Positions 39,408-56,180 of a stretch of DNA of 64,000 nucleotides are shown here, one piece after another. The notes under the pieces are model-generated. The model was not told the origin of the DNA and did not search any database. It saw only the letters and a list, made by a program, of their open reading frames with translations. This DNA comes from Eledone cirrhosa (Eukaryota): positions 279,868,001 to 279,932,000 of the forward strand of contig OZ024741.1 in the NCBI GenBank assembly GCA_964016885.1. The letters run 5' to 3'. Numbering within the stretch: the first letter of the stretch is position 1; the number at the start of each line of letters is the position of its first letter. Position numbers and translations under genes: made by a program.

Positions 39408-41295
39408 TACATGCCAACACAAGAGCAAGAATGAGGGACTCATTCTACTGACATGGCTTTAAAAATGAAGCTTGTTTGCATAATTGCAAACAAATCGAAT
39501 ATTATTATTAATATTCGAAAAACTCAGATTACATTTATTATATATATATATAAAGTAAAATAAAGCCAACTTCAATTTCATTCAAAAGCAAAGTATAAAG
39601 GTAAAGGCACATAGTGATTTTGAATAGAGTGTTTGCACATATATAAGAGACAAAGAGTTTGGAGTTAACACATACAGCTGTTAAAATCTCTGATCTCTCA
39701 TATTGCCAAAATTGCAGCCCAAAGGCTAGGCATCCTCTTTAAAAAAAAAAAAAAAAACCACAGCCCTGCTTAGTTCCTGACATCTAGAAAGTTCAAACGA
39801 AACCTACACTGGAATAGGGGTTTCATTTAAAACACAAACATTCTAGATCACATACAAAAGAAGGCCATTTGGCTGAATGGTAAAAATTCACTCTCACCCA
39901 CACTGCAAACACAAGCACACAGATGCAGTTTTTTTTATTTCAATTATAACAGTCTGCTCTTCTAACCCTTTCATGGGTGCATTTTTAATGAAATACACAC
40001 TATTTCGATTAATTAATGATGAAGAATTTTGAGGGATTTACTTAAATTATTAAATATTTCATTACTGAGATAGTAACTTAATGTAAGGCTCTTGTATAAA
40101 ACAATGTTGGAAGATTTTAATTCAAATTGGAAACCTTTAAAATGGGTGGCTTTATTTCATAAAACCAGAGTTAGTTTTGGCTGGGTTGGTAACAAAAGGG
40201 TTAAGCTGACTAGCTGTTTATGCCTTAAACCCAGGTGCACACAACTCAATTTTTACTCTCATCATCCAGGCTATGCATCCTTTCCCTCTCCTCTCACACT
40301 CAACACTTTAATCAATCGTTTCCCCTCAAAATCGCAAGGCTATAGAATGAATGCTCTCTTCACTGACTTCAACTAAACAAACCACACCAATACTGATTGT
40401 GAGAAACTCCACAAATGTGAACTCCTGCACATGATAAATAGGAAAGAGTGAAGGAACATGTTATTATTTTCCAACAATAGGAGTTAGATAGCTATATAGT
40501 AAAGGGATTTATGCAACAATAAAGTGAATATACATTTGACTGTAGTAATATCATGTCTTCTATCATATATCAAGCAAATCTATAACCCATTAACCTTTAA
40601 CCATGCTATTATATTTAGAAATTTCTGAATGCACTGAACATAGACAATTATCTGATTAACTGTCAGTGTTTATTTTTGCTTCAATTTTTTTTCTTCTTCT
40701 TCACAACCTTTCATCTAGTTCATTATCCACTGAGCAAAATGCATTAAAAACTCAAACTGCAGTGGTTGATGTAAAACATTATTTTTATTCTGAGTGAATA
40801 AAAACAAACTACATTGATAAAAGCATGAAAAAGTTAACATGATTTGATGCAAGGGATGTACTGAATGAATAATCTATCAATATTTATGTAATTATACTCA
40901 ACTAAAATAGAAGTTACCAATACAGACTACAGGAAGGTGATATGGGAAAATAAAAAAATGTCTTAATGAAGAGGTAAATATAAGGTGAGTAGTTTAATTA
41001 GAAATAGATTATTCATAAACAGACTGACCACATGTGAAATGGATAGAATAAAGTAAGACAAAATATGAAAAAAAAAAAAAAACTATTTCATAAGTTCATA
41101 TATACTTTCATATACTAATTTATAAACAAAGTAGTTGATTTAGGAAGCATTAGAAACATTTTAAATGTGTGCATCCCAACACAAATGACCATAATAATTG
41201 ACCATAAATAATAGTAGAGAAAATAGCTGGTGACTGTCCACCTTTTTCCATCTACAAGAGTACTGCAAAGAACAGGTTTGAGAATAGTCTGATGG

Positions 41296-41560
41296 ATGAG
41301 TAAAGTATTGCTCAGAGGGAGAAAGACAAACAATAGATTGCAGAGGATGATGGGAATAGAACCAATGGTGAATATTGTGATGAGAAATGGAATGAGATGT
41401 TCGAGCCCTGTGTTGAAGAAGGATGAAAGTGACTGGTTAAGAAGAGTGATGGAAATGCATGCGGAGGGGAGTAGAGGAAGGGGAAGGCCAAGAAAGATAT
41501 AGCTAAGGCTATGGTGTTGATGTGGAGGAGTGCAGACGACAGGGCAAAATCCAGAAGCTT
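41296..41560 (+). mobile_element. Old RTE-like 3' fragment
   Basis: Peptide ...DWLRRVMEMHAEGSRGRGRPRKI resembles the RTE C-terminal G.R.RGRPR motif. Confidence 0.55.
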
Positions 41561-42112
41561 GTCATGGTGGTCTTCAAAGTAAACTCGTACTTTAGCAGGG
41601 AAAATGGCCCGAAAATCCTAATTATTGTAGTTATTGTTCACACACATTACTGTATAGCTACTTGTAAATCACATTATATAACCAAAGTGTTAAAATCCTG
41701 CAGATTATCACAACCATCTATGTGCTAGTAAAGATACAATAATCTTTTGAATTAAAGGATCCGTTTTTAGAGATTTTCTAATAAATCATTACAGGATATT
41801 AAGAATTAAGTCATGAGCACTGTGGTGTTAAAAGGTAAGCTGCTCATCAGAAGTAGAATCATCAACCCATTTATTATTCCTAGTTGAAACCATTCCACTT
41901 CATATATGATGCTGAAGTAAATTAGTTTTACCTTCTCTGCTGTCAAGTAAATGAAGATTTAGAAGATATTAGCAACTTGGTCTGTGTTAATGACAAGATA
42001 CAAACTCAAAATTCTTTACTTAAAAGGTCAACGGCCCTTTATCCACTTAGGCATTGTGACTGCATATATTAAAGTGTCAGAAAAATGTATAGATTAAAAT
42101 AGAGTAGACATC

Positions 42113-42113
<1 letters not shown>

Positions 42114-42184
<71 letters not shown>

Positions 42185-42390
42185 AACATACACATATACA
42201 CATATATATATATACACACACACACATGCACATACATACATATATATACTTACATAAATATATATATACATACATATACATGCATACATACATATATATA
42301 CATACATACATACAAACACATGCACATACATATATATATACATACAAACATAAATATATACATACATAAGCACGCACGCACACACATATA
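42114..42390. repeat. (CA)n/(TACA)n microsatellite
   Basis: Direct reading of the sequence. Confidence 0.95.
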
Positions 42391-42399
42391 CAACCGTTG

Positions 42400-45300
42400 T
42401 GTGTTACTATCGAGAGGCTAACCTTTGAAATAAAGCTGGGCGTGAAAATCGGATTACCTTCTGAACACGCCCAGGCCTACCACCCCATGTACATCCAAAG
42501 CTACGTGCTGCAGCTTCCTTGAATCGGAACTCAGCACAACATGAAAGTTTTAGTCTGCCTGATGATGGGCAGATCTGGAGGTTTGTTAAGGCTGGTGAAA
42601 CGTGGAAGAGAGATACCAGCTGGTCTGAGTGTGCTCTACCCACAATAACTGGCAATGAAAAAACTGCAACAACTCTGGGAAACTAAACCAGAACAACCTG
42701 CCATCCTCTACACACCATCATAAACTGCAAGCAGGGTACAAATTGTTGTCCTTAAATGCTCGCAGTTTATGCAACAAGATACATCTGTTTAACTCCTACG
42801 TCGGAAGCATCGACCTTGACTTCATCACAGTCACGGAAACATGGGCACATTCCTTACTCTGTGATGGGGTTTTCAGCATTACTGGGTACAACCTTTTCCG
42901 CAAGGACCGCATTAATCGCCGTGGTGGTGGTGTGATGGTCTACGTTCGTTCAAACTTTTCGGTAATTCCTTGCATTGATTTGAACGAATCACAAGAAGAA
43001 GTTTTTTTTTGTGACATACGTATGACCATGTCAACACTTCTGCTTGGTGTTGTTTATCCCCCCCCCCCCCCCCAAAAAAAAAACTACCATCAGGACACAC
43101 AGCTTTGCGATATCCTCAGAGCTGCTGGCAGGAAAACAGCCACTTATGTGTTTATTGCAGGTGACTTCAATCATCCTGAGATCGATTGGGAAACCTTTCA
43201 TTGGCCACAAAGTGCAAACGATTTCCTTGAGCTAGTGCTGGATTCAAACTGGTCACAAGTAGTCACCTCTCCAACAAGAGGTGACAACACTTTGGACCTG
43301 ATCTTCACCACTACTCCTGAAGTGATTATCAGTTGTACTACTGAGGAACCTCTAGGCGACTCTGATCATGCTATGATCATTGCCAATCTGGCTCTTGTGG
43401 GCAGCAACAAAAACCAGAACCATCTCCAATCTGCTTGCTTTGATTGGAAGAAAGCAGATTGGAACTTGTACTGCACTGAGCTACATCGCCCAAACTGGCA
43501 TAAGTTCTATAACTCTGGAGATGTGAACACTACACTCCAGAGCATCCTGGACTCAATATGGATAGCGTGTGCAGCATCGGTGCCACTTCAGCGGTCCAAC
43601 TTGCCAGGAAAGAACGTCGGAACACTGAACGGGAATATAAACTGCATAAATCAGATGCCAACAGAAAAAAAGCGGAATAAATCTTCCAACCATCTCAAGC
43701 AAGTGACAAAAAAGGCAGTGCTTGAATTTGAACAGTGCATAGCAACCAATCCTGACAGTTGGTCCTCTTCGCAATCTCCACACAAGCCAGATCACTGACG
43801 ATCCCAAAGGATGCGCAGAACTCATTGCTGAGTGCTTTACAAGCATTTTTACTGTTGAAAACCAGAATGTACCATCTCCACCATCTCTAACATCAAATTC
43901 CCTAACAACTATGGAATTTACACCTGCAATGTTGCGACGTCACCTTAAAAATAAGCACAACTATGCCTCCCTGGGTCTTGATGGTGTTACATACCTGCTT
44001 CTCAAACGTGGCGGGTACTTCCTTTTGCACCAGCTTTCTTTCTTCTTTCAATACTGTCTCAACAATGGTGCAGTGGAAAACGGCCAGTGTCATTCCCGTT
44101 CAAAAAGGGCGACCGCACGTCACCTGTCAACTATCGTCCAGTCAGTCTTACGAGCTGTATTGCCAAACTGATGGAATCCTGTGTCAGAGAAACATTTTAT
44201 AACTTCTGGAGCTCTCACAGCCTCATCCAGCCCTCGCTGTTTGGATTTATCCCTAACTCCAGCTGCTGTGATCAGCTTATCGAGTTCCTTGAAGACATTA
44301 CCCGGATCACTGACAGCGCCTCATGGATGTTGTTTACCTTGACTTCGCTAAGGCTTTTAATTCTGTGCCACACAAAAGACTTATGGCAAAACTCTCTGCA
44401 ATGGGTGTGAGGAATGATCTTTTTAACTGGTTGAAATCCTTCATTCTCAGCCGAAAAGAGGTAGTCACGGTTCTAGGACAGCATTCTTCACCATATGAGC
44501 TGTCATCTGGTGTACCACAGGGATCTGTTCTTGGTCCCCTTTTGTTTGTGGCATATATTAATGACATAGATGCCAACTTAAAGAATGCCACGGTACTGAA
44601 ATATGCAGTGACATCAAGCTGTACCTTGAAATCAAAAGGACTGATCCTGAAATCTACAACTCTTTCCTACAATCAGACCTGGACACAATGTAGCAATGGA
44701 TCACAGACTGGCAACTGAAGCTGGCTGTGGACAAGTGTACCACCATGCATTTTGGGAGGAAAAATCCAGCGTCCACATACTCCCTCCACAACACTGATAT
44801 CAAGAAGTCCTCTTGTGAACGTGACCTGGGCATTACTGTCAGCAGCGATTTGCGTTGGACAAAGCATGTCTCTAAGATTGTAAAGAAGGCCGAGGGTGTC
44901 TTGGCATCACTCAGCAAGACCTTTGTTAGCCGCTCTCCAGCCATCTATTTAAAACTGTATACAGCTATGGTACGACCACACTTGGAATTCGCATCATCAG
45001 TCTGGAACCCCTATCTTGCTCAGAACATTGACCTCCTGGAAACTGTTCAGAGACGTGCAACCAAGCGCATACCCTCCATCAGACACCTACCATACTCTGA
45101 ACGCCTTGCTTCCCTGGGCATGGATTCATTGAAGCTCCGACGTCTGGCAATGGACTTGATAAACACCCACAAAGTTATTAACCATCTCGCCAACAACAAC
45201 CCTGAGCACCTTCTTGATCTCCATGTGTCTAACACACGTGGACATGCCTACAAAATCAGAAAACAGCACAGCTCCCGTGACTTTCGGAAACATTTTTTCA

Positions 45301-45563
45301 CACTCAGAGTTGCTGAAGCATGGAACAAACTGCCTGCGTCAGTTGTTAGCTGCCGAGACACTGCATCCTTTAAAACCCTCATGCTTCTCGAAATTCGCCA
45401 AAACTACACCTGATGTACCCCTTCCATACACACGTGTATATCATGACTCATGCACTGTTCATTTTCCTGATGTTTGTACATTACCCTATGTACTATACAT
45501 ACACTTTTTGATGAGTTGTAGTGCACCTGAGCACTGTACACAATATTTCATTATTATTATTAT
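42400..45563 (+). mobile_element. CR1-group LINE, ORF2 (APE endonuclease + RT) frameshifted
   Basis: EN: LNARSL, VTETW, RKDR..RGGGV, GDFN, PTRGDNTLDL, SDH. RT: KKGDR...NYRPVSLTS, YLDFAKAFNSVPH, SGVPQGSVLGPLLF, RPHLEFASSVWNP. (ATT)n tail at ~45550. The 5' boundary is approximate. Confidence 0.92.
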
Positions 45564-46889
45564 GAATTATGCTGCAGATTTGATGAATTATAGAACCACA
45601 CTCAAAGCAATGTGCGACACTAGATATTGACTTCTGGCTGACCCAGGAGGGGTCACACCCGACTGTGAATGGATTACAACCTCCGGATTCAGTAATCTAT
45701 ACGAAAACCACGTGGCGGACATATAAGTAACTTAGTTGTCATTGACAGTTTTAGCCGTGAGTTTTCTATATATTCTACAGAAATTTGCACTCACTCTAAT
45801 AAACCTGTTTATTATTGTAACCATATCTGCTTTTCCTTCACTCTGCCATAGGTAATTCTGGAAGCGGAGTTTTCTATATACACTTTCTCTCTATGTGACG
45901 GGATAGCCATCACGATTTACATTTACTGTGGTATAATTGTATACGGTATGACACTTTGGTTCGACGCCGACTCGGCCATACAGTGAATTTCACTTGGGAC
46001 GTTGGGTTGAGTGACCGAACGTGAGGACTTTGGGGATGCCAGTTATTGCGGACTTGTCGTATTTTCAATTTCCTCACTGGTGTGCCAGCTGTACATGTAC
46101 CCTACCTTTCTTCAACTCATCATACTTTTTTTTATTTTAGATTTTAGGTGTCTATTGCAGATCGCCTATGTGGATAAATCCCCTGGGTATATGTTTTGGA
46201 AACAATGTTATCTCGCCTAACGCTCGGAACTGGAACCAATGGATGTGGTTCGTAGGGTGCTGATATGATACGGAGAATCGACCTGTTACAAGGCGATATA
46301 ACTGGAGTACACCATCCTTCCTATAGACAATCCTACATGTAAAGCTGCACCACCGCTAACCAACTATTCTTCTCACAGACTCATGCTTGCAAGCTCTCTT
46401 AATCTGCCTGTACACCCTGTATTTGGACTGCATGTGCTTTGATGTATCTATGCATTGCTTTGTTTTTTTTTGTTTTTTATTAAATATTATTATTATTATT
46501 ATTATTTTTTTTTTATCATGCTGATTAATACCTTCACTCATTCCTTGCTACCATCTCCCAACCTCCTTATCATCTATTGCACCATTTAAGTGTAAAATTT
46601 TTGATGACATTTTATGACATTATGTGCGTCATGTATTGTCTTTTTCTATATAGCGCTGGCCTCGGGACCCTCCTGCTGATCCTTTAACCTTGTTCTGGTG
46701 ACGCAGCTTGATGGAGCATGCAACTATTGATATACTCTTGTTTATAGGCTCATATGATTCCTGCAATAGGGTATGGATGAAACACTGTTAGCTAATAAAA
46801 CAATGTATTTCTAAGCACTCTTTGGTTATTCCTATAATTATACATATATACATATATATATATACATACAAATACATGCATACATACAA

Positions 46890-46943
<54 letters not shown>

Positions 46944-46946
<3 letters not shown>

Positions 46947-47282
46947 AATAAAATGCAGGCATAACAGACCAGATATTATGATATGGGACAGGGAAAAGAA
47001 GGCATGCGCAGTAGTGGAAATTAGCTGCCCACTAGATGCCAATATAATATCAAAGATTAACGAAAAGGAGAATATTTATGCAGAACTGATGAGAAATCTG
47101 CAGATTTATGCATGTGTTTATTGGGGCACTGGGGTATGTTAGTAACTGACTCAATACAAATCTTGAGAAGCTAGGCTTCAGAGGAACAGAAAGAACACAA
47201 CTAGTTAGGAAATTACAAGTACAATCCATTAATGGAACAGTAAAAAATATGTAAAACATTCTAAAAGTTTTGCATCTAATAA
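46944..47282 (+). mobile_element. 3' fragment of an R4/Dong-type non-LTR retrotransposon (restriction-like endonuclease)
   Basis: Peptide HNRPDIMIWDREKKACAVVEISCPLD...EKENIYAELMRNL...IGALG fits the PD-(D/E)xK-type RLE; sits next to a (CA)n tract. Confidence 0.8.
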
Positions 47283-47573
47283 CTGCATATACACATGTAC
47301 AGATACAAAGCATATACACATGCACACATACAACTAAAAACACACATCCATATCTACACATGCATGCATGCATACATAATCTACCTAGTTGATGTGTAAA
47401 TTCCAATGAGAGAGTCTTGTGTCTATGTTAGAAACCAACTCTCTCTCTCTATTGGGAAAAAATTTGTGAACTTATAAAACCAGAAGAACATACATACATA
47501 CATATATATATACATATATAGTAATAATAAAAAATGTGAAGACTAAAATCCGAAGAGAGCTTGATAAGGATTA

Positions 47574-48949
47574 CATCATCATCATCATCATCATCGGGTT
47601 TAGCGTCCGTGTTCCACGCTTGCATGGGTTTGGACGGGGGTTTTCCCACTTGAGGCAAGAGTGGTTGTCTTGCTCGCATAGGACTGTCTGGCGGGTTTTC
47701 TACAGTTGGATGCCCTTCCTAACACCAACCACATTTACAGTGTGGGGCTGGGAGGTTTTTACCGTGTTGCTAACACGGCCACATTACAGCGTGGACTGTC
47801 TGGCGGGTTTTCTACAGCTGGATGCCCTTCCTAACACCAACCACATTTACAGTGTGGGGCTGGGAGGTTTTTACCGTGTTGCCTACACGGCCACATTTAC
47901 AGCGTGGACTGTGTGTTTTTTGTCGTGACACCTACACGATCTCATTTGTTTCGGCCTGGATGTTGTGGGACCAACATAACTTTACATTGAAAGGGGCGGT
48001 GTGGGTGGGGTGGAGGTGGTGGGACGGGGGTGTGTTTTGATAGAGATGCCTACTGACTGTAGTAGGTTTTTACTTTGTATTTAGGTAAGGCGGGTCTTCT
48101 CTATTACTGAGTACCGCCAAAGATCTCGGTCCAGTGACATTGTCTTGGAGAGGTGTAAGCGTGTGAGGTCGGAATTTATCAGCTCGTCCCATGTTTTTCT
48201 GGGTCTGCCTACTCCGTGGTTACCGTCTATCTTTATTGCCCTGCACTTTGTTATACAGCTGTCGTCTTTCATGCGCATCACGTGACCGTACCAACGTAGC
48301 CTTCTCTCGAGTAAACAACATCTGATCCCTCTTATTTCTAATTTTTTCCTTAGTTCGTTTATGCTTTGCCGTTCACGTATATTACTATTGCACATCCAGC
48401 GGAGCATGCAAGCTTCGTTCCTCTCTAGTCTGCGTATATCCTCTGCACACAATGCCCAGGTCTCACTGCCATGCAGCATTGCTGTTCGTATGCAGGCATC
48501 GTATAACCTGCCTTTCATTTTTAGGGAGAACCCTCTAGCGGCTAATAGTGGTATAAGCTCTCTGAACTTTTTCCATCCAGTTCTGACTAACTACTGTACT
48601 TTCAGAGCACCCTCCCCCACTGCTGATTTTGTCACCCAGATAACGGAAGCTGTCCACTATTTCTATAGAACCCTCTGCGCAGTTGAAGGAGCTAGTATTT
48701 TGTGGGCACTTGCTGCTACTTATTGCACCAGAGCACCGGCCACATGTAAAATCTATGTTCTTAGTTAGCTTACCTGTGATCCCACTACATCTTTTATGCA
48801 CCCATACTTTGCATTTGGGACATAAAATGGAGTTTCTACCTACGCCTTTCCTACACACTGAGCATGGCCATTTCCCAGATGGGACCGCCGCCTTATTTTC
48901 TTTCCTACAAACTAGAACTTTAGTCTTAGCCAGGTTAATTTTAAGGCCT
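47574..48949 (-). mobile_element. 5'-truncated RTE LINE (family A) with a duplicated 3' UTR module
   Basis: C-terminal RT peptides; (GAT)n tail; 112-bp tandem duplication at 47681/47793. Confidence 0.95.
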
Positions 48950-49152
48950 ACATATATATATATATAAACCGTAGAGCAAATATTTATTAAAATGACAGAT
49001 TAAAGTTTAAGCAAAGAATCGCTGCTTTCCCGTCAAGAGTGAAAGAAGTGATTCTTTGCTTGAACTTTAATCTGCTACCTATGATGCCTAGCAGACAACC
49101 GATGATGGATAATCCTAACCTCTGATTTTTAATTATACATAATTGCAACAAC

Positions 49153-49211
<59 letters not shown>

Positions 49212-49868
49212 CATATGTATATATACATACATATGTATATATACATACATACATATGTATATATACATACATATATACATATACATACATATATATACAT
49301 ACATATGTATATATACATACATATATACATATACATACATATACATACATACATATACATACATATATACATATACATACATACATATACATACATATAT
49401 ACATATACATATACATACATATATACATATACATACATACATATACATACATATATACATATACATATATACATATACATACATATATACATATACATAC
49501 ATATATACATATACATACATACATACATATATACATATACATACATATATACATATACATACATATATACATACATATATATACATATATATATATATAT
49601 ACATACATACATACGTATATATACATAGATATATATATACATACATATGTATATATACAAACATACATATATATATACATACATACATACATATATACAT
49701 ACATACATATATATATACATACATATATACATACATATATATATACATACATATGCATACATACATATACATACATACATACATATACATACATATACAT
49801 ACATACATATATATATACATACATACATACATATACATACATACATACATATACATACATATACATAC

Positions 49869-49902
<34 letters not shown>

Positions 49903-49907
49903 ATATA
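49153..49907. repeat. (TA)/(TACA) compound microsatellite
   Basis: Direct reading of the sequence. Confidence 0.95.
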
Positions 49908-51716
49908 CATCATCATCATCATCATCATCAACGTTTAACGTCCGTGTTCCACGCTTGCATGGGTTTGGACGGGGGTAGTCCCACTTGAGGCAAGAGTGAT
50001 TGTCTTGCTCGCATAGGACTGTCTGGCAGGTTTTCTACAGTTGGATGCCCTTCCTAACACCAACCACATTTACAGTGTGGGTCTGGGAGGTTTTTACCGT
50101 GTTGCCTACACGGCCACATTACAGCGTGGACTGTGTGTTTTTTTGTCGTGACACCTACACGATCTCATTTGTTTCGGCCCGGATGGCGCGGCAGCAACAT
50201 AACTTTACATAGGACGGGGTGGTGTGGATGGGGTGGGGGTGGTGGTGGTGGGACGGGGTGTATTTTGTTAGAGATGCCTACTGGCAAGGCGGGTCTTCTC
50301 TGTTACTGAGTACCGCCAAAGGTCTCGGTCCAGTGACATTGTCTTGGAGAGGTGTAAGTGTGTGAGGTCGGAGTTTATCAGCTCGTCCCAGGTTTTTCTA
50401 GGTCTGCCTATTCCGTGGCTACCGTCTATCTTTATTGCCCTGCACTTTGTTATACAGCTATCGACTTTCATGCGCATCACGTGTCCATACCAACGTAGCC
50501 TTCTCTCGAGTAAACAACATCTGATCCCTCTTATCTCTAATTTTTTCCTTAGTTCGTTTATGCTTTGCCGTTCACGTATATTACTGTTACACATCCAGCG
50601 GAGCATGCAAGCTTCGTTCCTCTCTAGTCTGCGTATATCCTCTGCACACAATGCCCAGGTCTCACTGCCATGCAACATTGCTGTTCGTATGCAGGCATCG
50701 TACAACCTGCCTTTCATTTTTAGGGAGAACCCTTTAGCAGCTAATAGTGGTATAAGCTCTCTGAACTTTTTCCAACCAGTTCTGACTCTAGCTACAGTAC
50801 TTTCAGAGCACCCTCCCCCACTGCTGATTTTATCGCCCAGGTAACGGAAGCTGTCCACTATTTCTATAGAACCCTCTGCGCAATTGAAAGAGCTAGTATT
50901 TTGTGGGCACTTGCTGCTACTTATTGCACCAGAACACCGGCCACATGTAAAATCTATGTTCTTAGTTAGCTTACCTGTGATCCCACTACATCTTTTATGC
51001 ACCCATACTTTGCATTTAGGACACAAAATGGAGTTTCTACCTACGCCTTTCCTACACACCGAGCACGACCATTTCCCAGAAGGGACCGCCGCCTTGTTTT
51101 CTTTCCTACAAACTAGAACTTTGGTCTTAGCCAGGTTAATTTTAAGTCCTTTTGACTCTAGGCCGTGCTTCCATGTTTGGAATTTCTTCTCTAGCTCGGC
51201 CATTGATTCCGCTATGAGTGTCAGGTCGTCTGCGTATAGGAGTTCCCATGGGCAGCCTGTCTTGAACTCCTCTGTTATAGCCTGAAGGGCAATAATAAAT
51301 AGTAGGGGGCTGAGAACAGAGCCCTGATGGACGCCAACTTTTACGCTAAACTCTTCACTATATTCGTTGTTAATTCTAACCTTGCTGACTGTTTCTTTAT
51401 ACATGGCTTGTATAGCCCTCACAAGCCATTCGTCAACGCCTAGTTTTCTAAGAGCCCACCAGATAATGGAGCGGGGGACTCTGTCGAAGTCTTTCTCCAA
51501 GTCGACAAAAGCTAAGTAGAGGGGTTTACCTTTAGCTAGGTACTTCTCCTGTAGTTGTCGTACTATGAAAAGAGCGTCTGTGGTACTTTTGCCTGACACA
51601 AACCCGAACTGCATTTCATCTAGGTCAATTCTCTCTCTGATTAGTTGCGCTATTACTTTTTCTGTGACCTTCATGACCTGGTCGATTAATTTAATGCCTC
51701 TATAGTTACTCCTATC
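49908..51716 (-). mobile_element. 5'-truncated RTE LINE (family A) with an uninterrupted RT frame
   Basis: Open frame from NYRGIKL through YADD to the C-terminus (50268); (GAT)n tail. Confidence 0.95.
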
Positions 51717-54714
<2,998 letters not shown>

Positions 54715-54717
<3 letters not shown>

Positions 54718-55320
54718 TGGTTGCCAACTCGTTTTTGAGTACGGCCACTACTTTATATCCATGTAGGAGAACCCCTACCGATGCGCTGAATGAGTGTGAC
54801 TTTTTAGTCCAGCCAGCGACTTGAAAACTCTGGTACAAACACTACACCTGTGACAATTATTGACAGTGTTGGGCCCATGATACCATGTGATGACAAATGC
54901 AGAGATCTCCAGATATAAAGCAGTGCCTGTGCCGTGAAGCTTTTATAGTGAGCAAAGGCACTGCACAAAGCCAGTCCCACTCTCTTAACCAAGATGATAT
55001 TTACCAAAAAGAAGAACAAGTCAACATCATTGGATACCATCAGGGTTGCAGGTGTTATATCAGAGTTTTCCTTCTCCTAGAATTCTGTCTTGACAAAGGC
55101 TAAGGGGTCATCTCTCCCGGTGATTTTGGATGGCCATTGACTCTTAAGAGCTACTTTGCCCTTTGACAGGTTTTGTTTTTAGTCCTGCAGGATGTCAAAA
55201 GTCACCCTCCTCACCAAGAAACCTTGGTGGGGTTGCCAGTTTAGTCGCCAACGACCCGACCATGAGACAGGTTGTACTGGGATACATGTTACCAGTAGCA
55301 CCAACTGGTGAACTGACATA
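54715..55320 (-). mobile_element. ~600-bp non-autonomous, internally deleted RTE-like element, copy 1
   Basis: Highly similar to 63235-63844; RTE-type 5' UTR-like sequence joined to a C2H2 remnant ([17 protein letters not shown]...H). Confidence 0.7.
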
Positions 55321-55786
55321 AATATATGACATATATATATAAATACATACATACATATATATATAAATACATACATATATATATATATAAATACATACAT
55401 ATATATATATAAATACATATATATATATAAATACATACATATATATATATATATATATAAATACATACATATATATATATAAATACATACATATATATAT
55501 ATATATAAATACATACATATATATATATAAATACATACATATATATATATAAATACATACATATATATATATATATAAATACATACATATATATATATAA
55601 ATACATACATATATATATATATATAAATACATACATATATATATATATATAAATACATACATATATATATATATATAAATACATACATATATATATATAT
55701 ATAAATACATACATATATATATATATATATATAAATACATATATATATATATATATATAAATACATACATATATATATATATATAA

Positions 55787-55817
<31 letters not shown>

Positions 55818-55862
55818 AATCCATACATATATATATATAAATACATACATATATATATATAA

Positions 55863-55903
<41 letters not shown>

Positions 55904-56106
55904 CATACATATATATAAATACATACATATATATATATATATATATAAATACATACATATATATATATAAATACATACATATATATATATAAATACATAC
56001 ATATATATATATAAATACATACATATATATATATATAAATACATACATATATATATATATAAATACATATATATATATATATATAAATACATATATATAT
56101 ATATAA

Positions 56107-56141
<35 letters not shown>

Positions 56142-56180
56142 CATACATATATATATATATAAATACATACATATATATAT
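55321..56180. repeat. (TA)nAATACATACA compound microsatellite
   Basis: Direct reading of the sequence. Confidence 0.95.

Larger units (their letters stand above)
38682..39540 (+). mobile_element. HHR-bearing element: inverted partial repeat plus two direct repeats (440-bp period), Penelope-pLTR-like architecture
   Basis: Direct repeats ~38831-39100 and ~39260-39538; inverted partial copy 38682-38828; three 33-bp subrepeats at ~39196-39293; flanked by (TA)n. Confidence 0.8.

Noticed and set aside
46747-46793. HHR-like layout gct-CATATGA-ttcc...ggat-GAAA-cactGTT-agc
   Set aside because: Two essential core positions (U4, G5) are wrong and stem III is too tight; at best a dead relic.
55150-55320. 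HDV-like or twister ribozyme at the 5' end of the non-autonomous RTE
   Set aside because: Neither pseudoknot topology could be fitted by eye; kept only as a hypothesis in findings.
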